DNA of 63,765 bases, the filler included, from Octopus bimaculoides (lineage: Eukaryota): NCBI RefSeq assembly GCF_001194135.2. It is 5 parts of 5 records of this genome, joined end to end, with 100 filler letters (N's around TTAATTAATTAA, not from the genome) between each part and the next. Parts side by side here need not be neighbours in the genome. Positions count along the whole stretch, not along the records: positions 53,169 to 63,765 come from NC_069007.1; 4 more parts are not named here. The stretch is one strand, 5' to 3'. Positions 61,375 through 63,765 of this stretch are shown here, in pieces. The notes under the pieces were generated by a model, which ran no database searches, was not told the DNA's origin, and worked only from the letters and a program-made list of their open reading frames with translations. Position 1 is the stretch's first letter. Every line of letters starts with the position of its first letter. The position numbers and the translations under genes are program-made.

Positions 61375-61670
61375 TACGAGTAGAAGTAGTGGGGGAACAT
61401 CATAGCCATGTGTTGAGAAGAATTCTTTGGGGTTTGAATAATTCCCTTCTGGAAACATGGGTGTTTTCTTTATCATCCTTAAACAAACCTTATTCAGGGA
61501 CCTTTTGAGCGGGAATTCTAACTGGGTCCCATTTGCAAGGTCATGTGCTCTTTATCTTGATATAAGATCACCATGTCGGGCACATATGGTTGTGATGCAT
61601 GTGCCTGGTGTACCCTTATCAGACGGGTAGTCATGATGGGTCTACTGGGCTTCGTATATTTTACTACATA
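61375..61670 (+). mobile_element. Partial copy of the 27905-28430 repeat
   Basis: CTTATTCAGGGACCTTTTGAG..TTATCTTGATATAAGATCACCAT..GGGCTTCGTATATTT is the reverse complement of 27950-28150. Confidence 0.8.
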
Positions 61671-62044
61671 TATATATATACATATATACATATATGCATA
61701 TATGGGTACAGTACGTCACAAAATGTAAACAGCATGAAATACGAAAACATGGAATACAAAGACGAACAAGCTTTGACAGGAGAAAAGATAGGAGAGAAGA
61801 CAGACAAGAATGCGTCTGGTCTGTGAAGCAGACCGAAGGAAACGAAAGATGATCAAGTGAGGAGAAGAAAGATGGCCGATGGTCACGTGTGAGCAACGAG
61901 AGAGTAAAGGAGGAAAAGTGATAGATAGAGAGAGGGAGGACAGATAGAAAACGGTGAATGTGAGAAAAAAGAATTAGAGAAAGGATGAGAAAGAAAAAAA
62001 ACGAAAGGGGGAGAAGGGGAGAGAAAAGGATTAGAGAAAAAGAG

Positions 62045-62191
62045 AGAGTGGCTTCTACAAAGTTTGTGTCTACCAAATTCACTTACAAAGCATTAATCGT
62101 CCCGGGGGCTATGGTAGAAGGCAATTGCCTAAGGTGCCACGTGGAGGGACGGTTCTCGAAACAACATGGTTGCAAAAGCAATCCTCTTAAC
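62045..62191 (-). mobile_element. Older family B SINE fragment adjoining a young copy
   Basis: CTACCAAATTCACTTACAAAGC..TGCCTAAGGTGCCACG. Confidence 0.6.
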
Positions 62192-62596
62192 CTTTTACTC
62201 TTTTACTTGTTTCAGTCTTTTGACTGTGGCCATGCTGGAGCACCGCCTTTAGTCGAGCAAATCGACCCCCAGGACTTATTCTTTGGAAGCCTAGTACTTA
62301 TTCTATCGGTCTCTTTTGCCGAACAGCTAAGCTAGGGGGACGTAAACACACCAGCATCGGTTGTCGAGCGATGGTAGGGGGGACAAACACAGACACAGAA
62401 ACACATACACATACATATATATACATATATACGACGGGCTTCTTTCAGTTTCCGTCTACCAAATCCACTCACAAGGCTTTGGTCGGCCCGAGGCTATAGT
62501 AGAAGACACTTGCCCAAGGTGCCACGCAGTGGGACTGAACCCAGAACCATGTGGTTGGTAAGCAAGCTACTTACCACACAGCCACTCCTGCGCCTA
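62192..62596 (-). mobile_element. Family B SINE, full length and young-looking
   Basis: rc TAGGCGCAGGAGTGGCTGTGTGGTAAG (A box) ... GGGTTCAGTCCC (B box) ... CCTTGGGCAAGTG ... tail GAGTAAAA. Confidence 0.95.
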
Positions 62597-63117
62597 TAAT
62601 ATCTATAAATATATTTATGAAACAGTTAAAGTATTAATGTCAATTAACTTGTTGTTTATATTTTTCTCGGTTTATGTAATATTCTAATGCATCCGTAATA
62701 GTCCTTCCTACTTTATCTTTCATCTGCATATGTTAGAATCCGTCTCGTTCATTGATTCCTAAGTAGTTATACGTTCTGTGTTTAGTCCAATTCTCTTATC
62801 GTCATATCTTTATCTAACATGTTATTAACGCCTTTTAAAATGTCATCTCATTTCTAAAGATAATGTCACGCTGAGCACTGAGTGTAACAAGGTCTCCAGC
62901 TGTTTGATATCTGTTTGAATCGAACAGACCTATGTATGATAAACGGCCTTCCAGCCGAGACCTTGTTCGTTTTATACGCTGATCTATGTTATAAAATGTA
63001 GGCTAGATTTTCAAATCGGTGAGGTGGGAATTGGGGGAGACTTTACTACTACTTTTAGCAGGTCGGGGGATGAAATAAAGGCTTCTTTGCTGTCTCAATC
63101 ATATTAAATTTATAATT

Positions 63118-63220
63118 ATTTCTCTATTGCCCACAAGGGGCTAAACATAGAGAGGACAAATAAGGACAGACAAAGGGGTTAAGTCGATTAGATAGACTCC
63201 AGTGCGTAACTGGTACTTCA
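63118..63220 (-). mobile_element. Family A SINE 3' fragment (longer-tail variant)
   Basis: GCCCACAAGGGGCTAAACATAGAG..TAAGTCGATTAGATAGACTCCAGTGCGTAACTGGTACTT. Confidence 0.75.
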
Positions 63221-63229
63221 TTATTTTCG

Positions 63230-63545
63230 AAAATTTCGAAAATAATGAAGAATTTAGCAAAATAAATTATTAATCTGGTGTTTGGAATAAAAATTAACAG
63301 GAAATTTTATTGAAAGATTTTAATTTAAATCGAGTGAGTTGGTATCAAGAGTTTTAAGACATATATAATGGTAAGATCTGGAAGCTAAACCATAGGACTA
63401 GGATATTTCTGTAGAGAAACATTATCCGTGTTTCAATTAATGTGGAAAATAGTGAAGAATTTAGTAAAATAAGCTTTTTATTATTAAGCTGCCATTCAGA
63501 ACCTAAATTAGCATCAGAATATCGATGAAAGATTTCAATTTCGGT
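63230..63545. repeat. Diverged ~205-bp tandem duplication
   Basis: GAAAATAATGAAGAATTTAGCAAAATAA vs GAAAATAGTGAAGAATTTAGTAAAATAA; both followed by GAAAGATTT(T/C)AATTT. Confidence 0.6.
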
Positions 63546-63765
63546 CTCTTTTGAAACAAGAAGTTTGACACATAAAACAAGAGGCGGTCACGGAGAGGAT
63601 GGCATCAAGAATGGTAAAGGCTTAGAGATAGACCTTTTATTCTTAAACTAGGTTCTCTTCAACATTTTCAAATGAAGAGAAAAGTGAAGGTAGACAAAGA
63701 GCAAAGTGCTGCCCTTCAGCCGAACTTACTGGTTTATGCCAAAAGTTGAAACCCTTATTAAGGCG

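Overview
AT-rich eukaryotic genomic DNA from a draft animal assembly. It has roughly 8 kb of N gaps, several containing a TTAATTAATTAA filler, and dense (TA)n, (CA)n, (CT)n, (TACA)n and (TAA)n microsatellites. The abundant tRNA-derived SINE families point to an octopus (inference from repeat content, not a database match). No complete host protein-coding gene is recognisable, and almost all listed ORFs are microsatellite or gap artefacts. The window is mostly a transposon graveyard: a near-full-length decayed Penelope-like element (PLE; RT + GIY-YIG, 29.6-32.3 kb, minus) plus several other PLE remnants, a stack of R4/Dong-type RLE LINEs in (TAA)n, a Chapaev relic, two mariner relics, hAT-type MITEs with 8-bp TSDs, a non-autonomous Helitron, about 20 SINE copies, and a decayed unclassified element with DUF6589-like and PIN-like motifs. 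The most striking hidden layer is RNA structure. At least eight minimal type-I hammerhead-ribozyme (HHR) motifs from several families can be folded by eye. They include one near-canonical copy (32701-32738), an inverted head-to-head pair (38268-38416), a family with a recurrent non-canonical U6 core, and a tRNA-headed SINE whose tail is a hammerhead (265-516). A few unique-sequence islands carry splice or TATA signals and short Cys-rich reading frames, but their host transcripts cannot be identified from sequence alone.
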